DNA from: Beijerinckiaceae bacterium
GTDB lineage: Bacteria > Pseudomonadota > Alphaproteobacteria > Rhizobiales > Beijerinckiaceae
NCBI GenBank assembly: GCA_035437025.1
Contig: DAOMXN010000001.1
Coordinates: forward strand, 2,013-66,012
DNA length: 64,000 nucleotides
Direction of reading: 5' to 3'
Part shown: positions 21,196 to 31,028 of the stretch, one piece after another
How positions within the stretch are numbered: the stretch's first letter is position 1
Layout: every line of letters begins with the position of its first letter
Notes under the pieces: model-generated
Databases searched by the model: none
Seen by the model: the letters and a program-made list of their open reading frames with translations, nothing else
What the model was told of the DNA's origin: nothing
Translations under genes and position numbers: made by a program

Positions 21196-21957
21196 CTAGC
21201 CGTAGCACGTTCCGCCATCGACGATGAGTGTCTGTCCGGTGATCGCCCGGGCATCGGAGGAACAGAGGAACAGGGCCGCGGCCGCGATGTCGCGCGGGAC
21301 CAGTTCCCGACGGATGGATTGCGCGGCGAGATTGGCGGCGCGTTTCTCCGGCGTCGCATGGTCTGCGATCTGGCGGGCTGTCATCACCCAGCCCGGCGCG
21401 ATGGCGTTGACGCGGATGCCCGCCGGACCGAGTTCGCGCGAGAGCGAACGGGTGAACCCTTCGACAGCGGATTTCGCGGTCGCATAGGCGATCATGTTGG
21501 TCGAGGCCTTCATCCAGGCGGTCGAGCCCATGGTCAGGATCACCCCGCGGCCCGCTTCACGCATGGCCGGCGCGACGGCCTGCGCCGCGAAGATGTAGTG
21601 GCGCAGATTGACGGCGATGCGCTCATCCCATTCGGAGACCTCGAGCCGGTCGAAGTCGTGCCGAGCGTCATGCGCGGCATTGTTGACGAGAATGGCGGGC
21701 GGGCCGACACGCCCGGCCAGACGGGCCAAGGCTAGCCGCATCGCTGCGATGTCTCGCAGATCGACCTGTTCCGCCGCGAGTTCCGGGCACTCGGACGTGA
21801 ACGCCTGGAGGGCCCCGGCATCGCGATCGAGAATGCCGACGCGCGAGCCTTGCACGAGGAATGCCTCCGCCATGGCCCGGCCGATGCCACTTGCTCCGCC
21901 GGTGATGACGACCGGCTGATCCTTCAGATCCGGGTAGCGGGCGAGCGGCTGCGACAT
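21196..21957 (-). CDS. Short-chain dehydrogenase/reductase (SDR)
   Basis: TGGASGIGRA cofactor motif and YATAK catalytic motif. 253 aa. Confidence 0.85.
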   Translation of the reverse strand: MSQPLARYPDLKDQPVVITGGASGIGRAMAEAFLVQGSRVGILDRDAGALQAFTSECPELAAEQVDLRDIAAMRLALARLAGRVGPPAILVNNAAHDARHDFDRLEVSEWDERIAVNLRHYIFAAQAVAPAMREAGRGVILTMGSTAWMKASTNMIAYATAKSAVEGFTRSLSRELGPAGIRVNAIAPGWVMTARQIADHATPEKRAANLAAQSIRRELVPRDIAAAALFLCSSDARAITGQTLIVDGGTCYG

Positions 21958-21960
21958 CGG

Positions 21961-23673
21961 TCAGCCTGCAAAGAGACTGGGAGGCCGCCCGCGTACGCCG
22001 ACATCGACGGCGAGGATGCCACCGGAGAACGGCGCTGCAGCGAGGATTTTGGCGGGAACCCGCACGCGTGCCGAGGTGATGAACAGCGTCGTCAGGGCAG
22101 GCCCGCCGAACGCAACGCTGGTGGGGCGGGGAACCGGCACGCGCAACTCGCGCATCAGGCGCCCCTGCGGGTCGAAGCGCCGCACGCACCAGCCATCCCA
22201 GAGGGCGGACCAGACGCAGCCTTCCGAATCGACCGTCAGGCCATCGGGTCGACCTTCGCCCGGATCGATCCGCACGAAGTCCCGGCGCTTGCCCAGCGTG
22301 CCCGTCTCCATGTCGAAATCATAGGCGTAGATCGTCCCGGCACTCGAATCGGTAAAGTAGAACACGCGCCCGTCGGGGCTCCAGTCGAGGCCGTTCGCCA
22401 CGGTGAAGGGGTGATCCATGCGTTGCCAGGCATGATTGGGATCGATGCGGTAGAGCGCGCCGGACTTGCGCGCAGCGTCGAGGCTCATCGTGCCTGCCCA
22501 AAGCCGCCCGGCGGGATCGCACTTCGCATCGTTGAAGCGGTTTTCCGGCTGCATCGCTTCAGGATCGACCCGCCGGACCAGTTGACGTGAAGCGAAATCA
22601 AGTTCCTCGACGCCGTCCGAGGTGGTCACGATCAGGCCGCCGCCACGCCGTCCGATCACCGAGGAGACGAGGCGCGGCAGCGGGCAGCTTTCATTGATGC
22701 CGCCGGCGGGATCGAACCGGTGAACAGCAGGCGCCAGAATATCCACCCAGTAGAGTTTTTGCTCGGCGATCGACCAAAACGGTCCTTCCGCAAGGCTCGC
22801 GCTCCACGGAAGCACGCATTCCACATCCGGGTCGGCGCCGCGCACCGGCGCGCTGCGCGAATGGATACTGACAGAGGGCGCGCCAACATTCCCTGAGATC
22901 AGCCGCGCGGCTTCCATCAGGTCACGTCCGAAACTGTGCAGGCGATCCTCGGGATTGCGCGAGGAGGGTCCGAACATGCCGATCGCGCCGATGGCTTTGC
23001 CGGTATGGTCGAAGATCGGCGCGGCCACCGAGACGACGCCGTCGACATGCTCGCCATTGGAAATCGCATAGCCGCGTGCGCGGGTCAGCGCGAGATCGGC
23101 CAGTAGCAGTTCCGGATCAACCAGCGTGGTCGTCGTGAAGCGATCCGTCGGGATGCGATGCAGGATCGCCCGCTGGTCATGCGGCGTGGAAAAGGCCAGC
23201 AGCGCCTTGCCGACCGCCGTGCAATGCAGGGGTGCACGCCGCCCGACCTCGATACGGAAGCCGAACGGCCCGCCCTGGTTGCGTTGCTCGATATAGACGA
23301 TCTGGTCGTTGTCGAGCGTGCCGATCGCAACCGTTTCGCGCGCCTCGAGTGCCAGCCTTTCGAGCTGCGGGGCAGCCGCGCCGCGAAGATCGAACGTTTC
23401 CCAGACGCGATGCGCCAGCTCGAACAGGCGATTGCCCAACCGGTAGGTGTTGTCGCGTTCCTCGTGTCGCACCAGGCGGAAAGCGACGAGCGTGTGAAGC
23501 ATGCGCGCGAGGGTCCCCTTCGGCAGACCGGTCGCGACCTGGAGATCCTTGAAGCGTGCGGGTGTCTCGCGCTCTCCGAGCACGTCAAGCAGATAGAGCC
23601 CCTTGGCCAGCGCCGCCGCGCCGCCGGGCAATTCCCGCTCATCGGGTCTCAGGACTTCTGCTTCGCTCGCCAT
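21961..23673 (-). CDS. Fusion protein: IclR-family transcriptional regulator (N) + SMP-30/gluconolactonase/LRE-like beta-propeller (C)
   Basis: aa 1-~265 carry an IclR wHTH (FKDLQVATGLPKGTLARMLHTL) and effector domain (HCTAVGKALLA..., GYAISNGEHVDGVVSVAAPIF). aa ~285-570 carry the SMP-30 pattern (LAEGPFWSIAEQKLYWVDI, NDAKCDPAGRLWAGTM, ANGLDWSPDG, PDGLTVDSEGCVWSALW). One uninterrupted ORF. Confidence 0.8.
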   Translation of the reverse strand: MASEAEVLRPDERELPGGAAALAKGLYLLDVLGERETPARFKDLQVATGLPKGTLARMLHTLVAFRLVRHEERDNTYRLGNRLFELAHRVWETFDLRGAAAPQLERLALEARETVAIGTLDNDQIVYIEQRNQGGPFGFRIEVGRRAPLHCTAVGKALLAFSTPHDQRAILHRIPTDRFTTTTLVDPELLLADLALTRARGYAISNGEHVDGVVSVAAPIFDHTGKAIGAIGMFGPSSRNPEDRLHSFGRDLMEAARLISGNVGAPSVSIHSRSAPVRGADPDVECVLPWSASLAEGPFWSIAEQKLYWVDILAPAVHRFDPAGGINESCPLPRLVSSVIGRRGGGLIVTTSDGVEELDFASRQLVRRVDPEAMQPENRFNDAKCDPAGRLWAGTMSLDAARKSGALYRIDPNHAWQRMDHPFTVANGLDWSPDGRVFYFTDSSAGTIYAYDFDMETGTLGKRRDFVRIDPGEGRPDGLTVDSEGCVWSALWDGWCVRRFDPQGRLMRELRVPVPRPTSVAFGGPALTTLFITSARVRVPAKILAAAPFSGGILAVDVGVRGRPPSLFAG

Positions 23674-24632
23674 GCGACGGCTGCCTCCTCCAGCATCCGG
23701 TCAAACCGATAGGACGGCTCGAACCCGGTGATGTTCCGGAAACGGGCGTTCGAGGTTTCGTAGAACACGCCGGCTCCCGGCAAGTCCACAACCCGCACGG
23801 GCAGGCCAGTGATCGCAGCCATCTTCGGCAGGACCTCGGCGAAATCGACCGCTTGCGTCGCGCCGAGATTGCAGGTTTCGCCCAGCATTCTTGGCGTTGC
23901 GAGCGAAGCCAGCAGGCCCTCCACCATGTCGCGCGTCTCGGTGATCATCATGCGGAAGGGCCGCCCCTTCTCGTTGCGCGCGAGCACGTGGGCGGGTGTG
24001 CCGTCATCGACAGCGCGAAGCGCTGCGACCGCCGCAGCATTGCCGAGGGCCTGCTGCTGGGCGATGCGTGGCTGCAGGAAGAAGCGCGGACCGGAGAAGA
24101 AGCTGCCGGGATCAAGCAGTTCCGCCGCATCCTGCGTGTGAGAGAAGCGAAGGATCGTGAAGGGCAGGCCGTGGCTGCGCCCGGCCCAGCGCACCAGCTC
24201 CTCGCCGAGGAGCTTCGTGAGGCCATAGGTCGAGCGCGGCTCCGTCGGATGGGTTTCATCCACCGGCAGAAAAGCCGGCGCGCCTTCGGGATAGACCTCG
24301 CCCGAAGATGCGAAGAGAAAGCGCTCGACCTTCGCGCCGACCGCCGCCTCCAGCACCAAGCGCGTGCCTTCGACATTTGCGGCGAAGAGGCGATCCTGAT
24401 CCTGCGGCAGCCAGGACATGAAGGCGCCGAGATGGAACACGGCGCGCACCCCACTCATGGCCCGGCCCACGGCCTCGCGATCATCGAAGGCACCGAGCAC
24501 CTCGTCGAAACGATCATGCGTCAGGACAGTGGAGCGCAGGTCGAGTCCGCGCACCGTCTCCCCCCTGGCGAGAAGGCGCGCGACGAGGCTCCGGCCGATC
24601 CGTCCCGCACTGCCGGTGACAAGAATGGTCAT
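23649..24632 (-). CDS. NAD-dependent epimerase/dehydratase-fold oxidoreductase
   Basis: MTILVTGSAGRIGRSL Rossmann motif and YGLTK catalytic motif. 25-nt overlap with the start of the fusion gene. Confidence 0.8.
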   Translation of the reverse strand: MTILVTGSAGRIGRSLVARLLARGETVRGLDLRSTVLTHDRFDEVLGAFDDREAVGRAMSGVRAVFHLGAFMSWLPQDQDRLFAANVEGTRLVLEAAVGAKVERFLFASSGEVYPEGAPAFLPVDETHPTEPRSTYGLTKLLGEELVRWAGRSHGLPFTILRFSHTQDAAELLDPGSFFSGPRFFLQPRIAQQQALGNAAAVAALRAVDDGTPAHVLARNEKGRPFRMMITETRDMVEGLLASLATPRMLGETCNLGATQAVDFAEVLPKMAAITGLPVRVVDLPGAGVFYETSNARFRNITGFEPSYRFDRMLEEAAVAWRAKQKS

Positions 24633-24638
24633 GCTCGT

Positions 24639-25736
24639 TCACCGGATCGCGCGGCCGGAGGCCGGATCAAACACATGCAGCCGGGCGGGGTCGAACGAGA
24701 GGGTCAATTCCTCGCCGACGGTGATCGGTCCGCTATTCATCAGTCGGGCGACAAGGCGATCGCCGCGCCGTTCCTCATCGGTTCGGCCGATGGGGTTCAC
24801 CAGCCGGTTTGCCTGCGGAGCTTCGAAATAGACGTACTTCTCGGAGCCGAGGCTCTCGACCAGCATCGGCCGCGTCGTGAAGGTCACGGGGCCGGGTCCG
24901 GCTGAGAAATGTTCCGGGCGCAGTCCCGCCGTGATCGTACCCTCAGCTGCCGGAGGCAAGGGCACGTCCTGATCGAAGAGCCGAATGCGTCCGGCTCTCG
25001 TCTCGGCCTTGAGGAAGTTCATGCCGGGTGAACCGATGAATCCGGCGACGAACAGGTTCGCCGGCTGCGCAAACATGGTCTCGGGATCGGCGATCTGCTG
25101 GACCTCGCCGTCCTTCATGATGACGATGCGGTTTGCCATGGTCATCGCCTCGATCTGGTCGTGGGTGACATAGATCGTCGTGACGCCCAGCCGCTGGTGC
25201 AGCGCGCCGATTTCGGCCCGCATCTGCACACGCAGCTTGGCATCAAGGTTCGAGAGCGGTTCGTCCATCAGGAAGGCCTGGGGCTCGCGCACGATGGCGC
25301 GCCCCATCGCCACGCGCTGGCGCTGCCCGCCGGAAAGCTGGCGCGGCCGTCGCGCCAGCAGGTGCTCGACGTCAAGAATGCGTGCGGCCTCTTGCACGCG
25401 CCTGGCGATAATGCCGGCCGGCGTGCCGCGCATCTTCAGGCCGAAGCCCATGTTCGCCGCCACCGTGAGATGCGGATAGAGCGCATAATTCTGAAAAACC
25501 ATCGCGATGTCGCGATCGCCCGGAGCGAGGTCGGTCACGTCGCGTCCGCCGATGCGAACGACGCCGCTCGTCGCCTCTTCGAGGCCTGCGAGGATTTTGA
25601 GCATCGTCGACTTCCCGCAGCCCGACGGGCCGACGAGAACGACGAATTCCCCGTCCGCGACCTCAAGGGAGAAATCCTTGAGCACGGTGAGCGGGCCGTA
25701 ACTCTTGCGCACGCGATCAATGACGATTTCAGCCAT
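24639..25736 (-). CDS. Sugar ABC transporter ATP-binding protein (MalK/UgpC-like)
   Basis: [27 protein letters not shown]-terminal MalK-type regulatory domain. Confidence 0.9.
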   Translation of the reverse strand: MAEIVIDRVRKSYGPLTVLKDFSLEVADGEFVVLVGPSGCGKSTMLKILAGLEEATSGVVRIGGRDVTDLAPGDRDIAMVFQNYALYPHLTVAANMGFGLKMRGTPAGIIARRVQEAARILDVEHLLARRPRQLSGGQRQRVAMGRAIVREPQAFLMDEPLSNLDAKLRVQMRAEIGALHQRLGVTTIYVTHDQIEAMTMANRIVIMKDGEVQQIADPETMFAQPANLFVAGFIGSPGMNFLKAETRAGRIRLFDQDVPLPPAAEGTITAGLRPEHFSAGPGPVTFTTRPMLVESLGSEKYVYFEAPQANRLVNPIGRTDEERRGDRLVARLMNSGPITVGEELTLSFDPARLHVFDPASGRAIR

Positions 25737-25754
25737 GACAATCCGTTGCCGCCC

Positions 25755-26585
25755 TCACTTTTCAGAACCGGCTGTCAGGCCGCCGACGAGATAGCGTTCG
25801 AGGAAGAGGTAGATCGCGAGGATCGGCAGCGCGACGAGGATCGCTGCGGCGGAAATGTCCGCCCAGTTCGAGATGTACTCGCCCTTCATCGTGGTGATAC
25901 CGAGATTGGCGGTCCAGTTGCCCTGTGCGTTGGTGAGGAAGGTCCGCGCATAGGCGTAGTCCGACCAACTCAGCACGAAGCCGTAGAGCGCAGTCGCGGC
26001 CAGGCCGGGCGCGGAGACAGGCAGGATCACCCGGAACAATGCGCCCAGCGGCGAGCAGCCATCGACCATTGCCGCCTGTTCCAGTTCGCGCGGAATGGTG
26101 TCGAAATAGCCTTTCAGCATCCAGGTCGTGAACGGGATGATGAGCGTCGCATGGGCGAGAATGATTGACCACATCGAGCCGATCAGCCCGGTCATCCGGA
26201 AGATGCCAAAGAGCGGGATCACCAGCAATGTGGCAGGCAGCATCTTGGCAGTGAGGATGAAGAGGCCGAGGCTGTCTCCGCCACGTACCCGGAAGCGCGA
26301 GAGCGAGTAGCCGGCGAGCACCGAGACAACCATCGAGATCGTCACCGCGCCCATCGCGGCCAGAGCCGAATTGGACAGCCAGAGCAGGATCGGGCGCTCC
26401 TCGAGGATCTTGCCGAATACGCTCCAGCGCGGTTCTTCCGGCCAGAATTTCGGGGGAAGTTGGCGCAGCTGGTCGGGTTGCGACAGCGCGGTGACGATGA
26501 GCCAGTAAATCGGGAAGATCAGGATCGCGCAGGTCAGGATGACGCTGGCATAGAGGGTGAGGCGGGTGGCGAGGCTCTGTTTCAT
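25755..26585 (-). CDS. Carbohydrate ABC transporter permease
   Basis: 276-aa six-TM permease of the CUT1 type (EAA-like loop ...AAMVDGCSPLGALFRVILP). Confidence 0.85.
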   Translation of the reverse strand: MKQSLATRLTLYASVILTCAILIFPIYWLIVTALSQPDQLRQLPPKFWPEEPRWSVFGKILEERPILLWLSNSALAAMGAVTISMVVSVLAGYSLSRFRVRGGDSLGLFILTAKMLPATLLVIPLFGIFRMTGLIGSMWSIILAHATLIIPFTTWMLKGYFDTIPRELEQAAMVDGCSPLGALFRVILPVSAPGLAATALYGFVLSWSDYAYARTFLTNAQGNWTANLGITTMKGEYISNWADISAAAILVALPILAIYLFLERYLVGGLTAGSEK

Positions 26586-26592
26586 TCGCGCC

Positions 26593-27504
26593 TCACAGGG
26601 TGTCAGGCGCGCGGCGCATCATCAGCTTCGCCGCGATCACGCAGATGACAAGCGTTACCACGCCGACAGCCGAGGCATAGCCCATGCGGAAGAAGCTGAA
26701 GGCCTGTTCGTAGGTCATGATCGACAGCGTCTGCGTCGCTTTCAGGGGCCCGCCGCCGGTCAGCACGTAGATGATCGAGAAATCCCGGAAGATCCAGAGC
26801 ATCACCAGGACCGTGGTCACGCCCAGGACGGGGCGCAGGTTCGGAAGCGTGATGTAGATCAGCCGCTGCAGGGCGTTGGCGCCGTCCACGCGAGCGGCGG
26901 CATAGTAATCCTCGGGGATCGATTGCAGGCCGGCGAGGCACATGATCGAGACGAAGGGGTAGCCCTTCCAGATCATCGTCGTCGCCACCACCGCGAAGGC
27001 CGCTGTGGGGTCCGAGAACCAGTTGATCGTCTTGTCAATGAAGCCCAGCGACAGGAAGATCCAGTTCATCAGCCCGAAGGAGGAGTCGAAGATCCAGGCG
27101 AAGATGACGACCGCAATCACCTCGGGCACGGCCCAGGGCATAGCCACGAGCAGGCGTGCCAGCGAGCGGCCCTTGAAGCGGTTGTTCACCAGCAGCGCCG
27201 TGCCAAGCCCCAGCAGGCAGCATGCCGTGGTGACGATGAGGATGAGTTTCAGCGTCACCCAGCAGGCATTCCAGAAATCCGGCGAACCGAAGAGCCGCTC
27301 GTAGTTCGCGGTGGTGAAGGGGCGGCGCGGCTGATCGAGCCGCGCAATCCCGACATTCTGGAACGAGAGATCGACCGAGACGAACAGCGGATAGACGATG
27401 ATCGCCGCGATCAGCAGCACGGCGGGCGCCAGCAGGATGTAGCCGAGCCAGTGTTGCCGGCTCGGCCGCGCAAGATCCAGACTGAAGCGTCCGCCCGCCA
27501 TCAC
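26593..27504 (-). CDS. Carbohydrate ABC transporter permease
   Basis: 303-aa CUT1-type permease (EAA-like loop AARVDGANALQRLIYITLP). Confidence 0.85.
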   Translation of the reverse strand: MMAGGRFSLDLARPSRQHWLGYILLAPAVLLIAAIIVYPLFVSVDLSFQNVGIARLDQPRRPFTTANYERLFGSPDFWNACWVTLKLILIVTTACCLLGLGTALLVNNRFKGRSLARLLVAMPWAVPEVIAVVIFAWIFDSSFGLMNWIFLSLGFIDKTINWFSDPTAAFAVVATTMIWKGYPFVSIMCLAGLQSIPEDYYAAARVDGANALQRLIYITLPNLRPVLGVTTVLVMLWIFRDFSIIYVLTGGGPLKATQTLSIMTYEQAFSFFRMGYASAVGVVTLVICVIAAKLMMRRAPDTL

Positions 27505-27505
27505 A

Positions 27506-28780
27506 TCACTGCTTCTGGATTGCCTCGGCCTTCGCCTGCATGGTCGCGGCGACAGCCCTGGGGTCGAGATCCTGGATGATCATGCGCTGCGCTTCTTCCA
27601 TGATCATCTTGGCGAACTCGTTGTACTGGATTTCCAGCCCCTTCGGGATGCGATCCACACCAGCCTTCGAAGCGGCCTGCGCGGTCTGGACCAGCAGATC
27701 GAAGTGCGGGGTCGCAGCCTTCGCGCCTTCGGTCTTGGCGCGTGGGGAAGGAGGGGTGGACGCCGCGAGAGTCGCGTAATCGGTCTGGAACTTGTCCGAC
27801 GTGGCGATCGCGATGAAATCCCAGACGAGCTTCTTTGTGTCGGCCGGAATTTCGCTGGCCATCCCTAGGATGTTCGAGGAACCGCCGAGCGGCGGGTTGA
27901 AGGGCGGGGCGGCGATCTTGATCTGATCCTTCGCCTTGCCGCGCTGGATGATGGGATAGAGCCACGGTCCGTCGAGCTTCATGGCGATGCGGCCATCAGC
28001 GAACATCTGGCGCGTCTCGCCTGCGGAGAGATCGCGCGGGGTGAGCGAGTTCTTCACGACGTCCTTCCAGCGCGAAAGGCCCTCGATCATCTGCGGGGTG
28101 TTGATGGTCACCTTGCCATTGGCATCGGTCCAGCGGCCGCCGGCATCGAGCGTGTAGTTCATCAGCTCGGAGAGGTATTGCCCGCCGCCGCCCTTGGTCT
28201 CATGCCCGGTGCCGAACTGGTCGGGGATGCCGTCGCCATTGGTGTCCTTGGTGAGCTTGCGTGCCGCGGCGACATACTCCGCCCAATTGGTCGGCGGGCT
28301 AAGTCCTTCTTTTTTCAGCATGTCTTCGTTGTAGGCGAAGATGTTGCCGAAATAGAGCATCATGACGCAGACGGGCTTGCCCTTCCACTGACAGGAGGAT
28401 TGCCCGGCCCAGCCATCGAGATTGAGCCCGGACGCCTTGATGTAGGGGGAGAGATCTTCAAGCCACCCCTGATCGGCGAATTTCTGGAATTCGAACGAGG
28501 CAAGATGCACGATCTCAGGGGGTTTGCCGCCCGCGAAAAGCGTTGTCATCGTGTCGGCATAGGCGCCGCGCTCGACCTTGGTCCACTCGACCTTCACGCC
28601 GGGATTCTTCGTCTCGAATTCCTTGATGACGCTGGCCCACCAATCCCCCACGCCGCGTTCGTCCTTCTGCCAGGAGACGAACTTTAGCGTCTTGGTCTGG
28701 GCGAGCGCGGGCGGCGCGAGCGTGGAAAACGCAAGCGCCGCCACGCCACCGACAATCAGCGATTTCAATCGGTTCCTCAT
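27506..28780 (-). CDS. Sugar ABC transporter substrate-binding protein
   Basis: ATG 28780 (MRNRLKSLIVGGVAALAFSTLAPPALAQ signal peptide) preceded by GGAGGA. Extracellular solute-binding family 1 pattern. Confidence 0.85.
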   Translation of the reverse strand: MRNRLKSLIVGGVAALAFSTLAPPALAQTKTLKFVSWQKDERGVGDWWASVIKEFETKNPGVKVEWTKVERGAYADTMTTLFAGGKPPEIVHLASFEFQKFADQGWLEDLSPYIKASGLNLDGWAGQSSCQWKGKPVCVMMLYFGNIFAYNEDMLKKEGLSPPTNWAEYVAAARKLTKDTNGDGIPDQFGTGHETKGGGGQYLSELMNYTLDAGGRWTDANGKVTINTPQMIEGLSRWKDVVKNSLTPRDLSAGETRQMFADGRIAMKLDGPWLYPIIQRGKAKDQIKIAAPPFNPPLGGSSNILGMASEIPADTKKLVWDFIAIATSDKFQTDYATLAASTPPSPRAKTEGAKAATPHFDLLVQTAQAASKAGVDRIPKGLEIQYNEFAKMIMEEAQRMIIQDLDPRAVAATMQAKAEAIQKQ

Positions 28781-28809
28781 GTCTTCCTCCGGAATTGCGG
28801 CTCTGGCCG

Positions 28810-29976
28810 TCATTGTTCAAGGTTGCGCAAGGCTTCCGCCGAGGGGCGGACCCCAAGGCCCGGTCCTGGCGGCAGGTGATATTCGCCCGCCTCGCAGATG
28901 ATTTCGCCATCGAGATAGCGGCGGTTCTGCCCGACGATCGAATGCTGGAATTCGTGGCAGGTCACTTGCGGGGCAGCGGCACTGGCATGCAGGCTTGCGG
29001 CGAGGAAAATGCCGAAGCCTATCGTCGCGTGCGGAATGATTTCGGCATGGTGCACCTGCGCGAGCGTGGCGATGCGCATGAATTCGGTGATGCCCTTGTG
29101 GCCCATCTCCGGTTGGAGGATCGCGCAGGCCCGACGCGAGAGCCGCGCCGCCGCATCGTGAGCGGTGCGCCATTCCTCACCCGCCGCGACAGGGCAGGAG
29201 ACGCCCTGCGCCACCTCCGCAAGGCCCGCGATGTCCTCCGGCGCGACCGGCGCCTCGGCGAACCACAGGCCATGCGCCTCCATGGCGTGGATCATGGACT
29301 TGGCCTGAGCGGCATTCTGCGCCCAATGCATGTCGCAGGCGATCCGCGCCGAGGGGCCGAGCCGTTCACGCAGGGTCGCGATCTCGGTCACCACGCCGTC
29401 ATCCGCGACGGGGGAGGCGAACTTGAAGCTGTCAAAGCCCTTCGCCTGCCATTTCGCCGCGAGGTCGGCGCGAGCCTGTCGTGTGGGCTCGGGCAAGCCG
29501 GAGACATAGGCCGGAATGCGCTCCAGACGCTGACCGCCGAGCAGCTTGCACAGCGGCTGGCCCGCGATCTGCGCCGCGATGTCCCACAGCGCGATGTCGA
29601 TTGCGGCGAGTGCATCGAGGTAGTAGCCGCCGGTATAGCCCCGCACGCGCATCAGGTTATACAAGTCATCGTGGATCGCGCTTGCGTCGAAGGGGTCCCG
29701 TCCCACCACGAAGGCGGCGAGAAGATCGGTGATGATCTCCATGGTCGCACGCGGGGCGACGATGCCATAGGTCTCGCCCCAGCCGATCACGCCCTGCCTC
29801 GTGGTGATGCGCACGAGCACGTTGCGATCGAAATTCGGGTAAACCGTCTTGTTGCCGCGTCGCACGAAATAGCCGCGCTCGTTCACCTCCTCGCCGGGCC
29901 GCAGGGTGCCGAGATAGGGCGTCTCCCGCGTCACGGTGAGCATGAAGGCTTCAACGCGGGCAATTCTGTCGCTCAT
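28810..29976 (-). CDS. Enolase-superfamily (mandelate racemase/muconate lactonizing enzyme family) acid-sugar dehydratase
   Basis: Start at ATG 29976 (MSDRIARVEAF...). MR/MLE N- and C-terminal domain pattern (GWGETYG..., DIALWD, ...DMHW..., FAEAP, AAGEE). ATGA overlap with the upstream DapA-like gene. Confidence 0.8.
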   Translation of the reverse strand: MSDRIARVEAFMLTVTRETPYLGTLRPGEEVNERGYFVRRGNKTVYPNFDRNVLVRITTRQGVIGWGETYGIVAPRATMEIITDLLAAFVVGRDPFDASAIHDDLYNLMRVRGYTGGYYLDALAAIDIALWDIAAQIAGQPLCKLLGGQRLERIPAYVSGLPEPTRQARADLAAKWQAKGFDSFKFASPVADDGVVTEIATLRERLGPSARIACDMHWAQNAAQAKSMIHAMEAHGLWFAEAPVAPEDIAGLAEVAQGVSCPVAAGEEWRTAHDAAARLSRRACAILQPEMGHKGITEFMRIATLAQVHHAEIIPHATIGFGIFLAASLHASAAAPQVTCHEFQHSIVGQNRRYLDGEIICEAGEYHLPPGPGLGVRPSAEALRNLEQ

Positions 29977-30905
29977 GCCGCGACCCTGGCCAGAGGGGCT
30001 GCGACGAGAAGGTCGGCGATGCGGTCCATCAGGGCCTGGATTTCCGCGATATCGCGTGCATCGAAAGGCGGGATCCTCGCCCGCACCATGTCGTTGTCGA
30101 GGATGCCGCGCAGCATCAGCACGCGCTTGGTCAGCCGCATGCGCGCATGGCTCTGGATCATCAGCAGCGGCAGGGTCCGTTCGTAGAGCGACCGCGCTTC
30201 CGCCTCGCGACCGGCCTTGAGCGCTTGCCACATGCGGGCATGGATGTCGGCAATTTCAACCGCCGGCATGGCCCCGCAGGCCCCGCGCAGGAACTCATCG
30301 ATGACGAACCTCGCGCCGCCGCCTCCCATCACGCCGGCCAGATGCCCCGGAGCGTCGGCGAGAATCGCCGAGATCGGCGCGCCGGAAGGGATCGTCTCTT
30401 CCTTGACGTAGCGGATCTCCGGCACGGCCGCCGCCACGGCAAGAACGGCGGCGGGTGACAGATCGGAGCCGCGCGGCGCGGGCGCATTCTGCAGGATAAT
30501 TTCCACGCCGGGGCAGGCCGCCGCGATGGCGGCGTAGAAGTCGGCGACTGCGGCCGCATCGGTGCCGATCGCCTTCGGGGCCTGGATCATCACCTGCCGG
30601 AGACCCAGCGACTGGACCTCCCGCACGCGCGCAATCACCTCGTCAAGCGTCGGGGCGCTCGCACCCGCGATCAGCGGCAGGCGTCCACCGAGTTCATCGA
30701 GCACAATCTGGAGAAGCTCGAAACGCTCGGTGGCCGTCAGGTCATCAACCTCACTGGCGAAGCCGGGAAACACCACGCCCTGCACGGCGGAATCGCAGGC
30801 AAAACCGACGATCCGGCGCATGGCCGCGCGATCAATGGCGCCATCCGCTGCAAACGGTGTGCAGAGCACCGGCCATACGCCCTGGATGGTTGTGCTCTCC
30901 AACAC
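29973..30905 (-). CDS. Dihydrodipicolinate synthase/N-acetylneuraminate lyase (DapA) family enzyme; non-ATG start (GTG/TTG)
   Basis: 310-aa DHDPS-family pattern (PVLCTPFAADGAID..., VVFPGFASE, LIAGASA). The start codon is GTG at 30905 or TTG at 30902. Confidence 0.7.
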   Translation of the reverse strand: MLESTTIQGVWPVLCTPFAADGAIDRAAMRRIVGFACDSAVQGVVFPGFASEVDDLTATERFELLQIVLDELGGRLPLIAGASAPTLDEVIARVREVQSLGLRQVMIQAPKAIGTDAAAVADFYAAIAAACPGVEIILQNAPAPRGSDLSPAAVLAVAAAVPEIRYVKEETIPSGAPISAILADAPGHLAGVMGGGGARFVIDEFLRGACGAMPAVEIADIHARMWQALKAGREAEARSLYERTLPLLMIQSHARMRLTKRVLMLRGILDNDMVRARIPPFDARDIAEIQALMDRIADLLVAAPLARVAA

Positions 30906-30926
30906 GCTCTCCCGTGCGAATGATCC

Positions 30927-30945
30927 ATATTGTGGACCACAGTAT
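30927..30945. promoter_or_regulatory. Palindromic operator-like site in the divergent dapA-like/dgoK intergenic region
   Basis: ATATTGTGGACCACAGTAT with a perfect core TGTGG-A-CCACA (30931-30941). A half-site-like repeat TGGACCGTAGTGT follows at 30953-30965. Confidence 0.3.
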
Positions 30946-31028
30946 CTTTATATGGACCGTAGTGTGGATGTTGGCTATCTGTCAAGCCTGTGCAAGGAAA
31001 GCGCCCGAGGGCGCGGGGTTGGGTAGCG

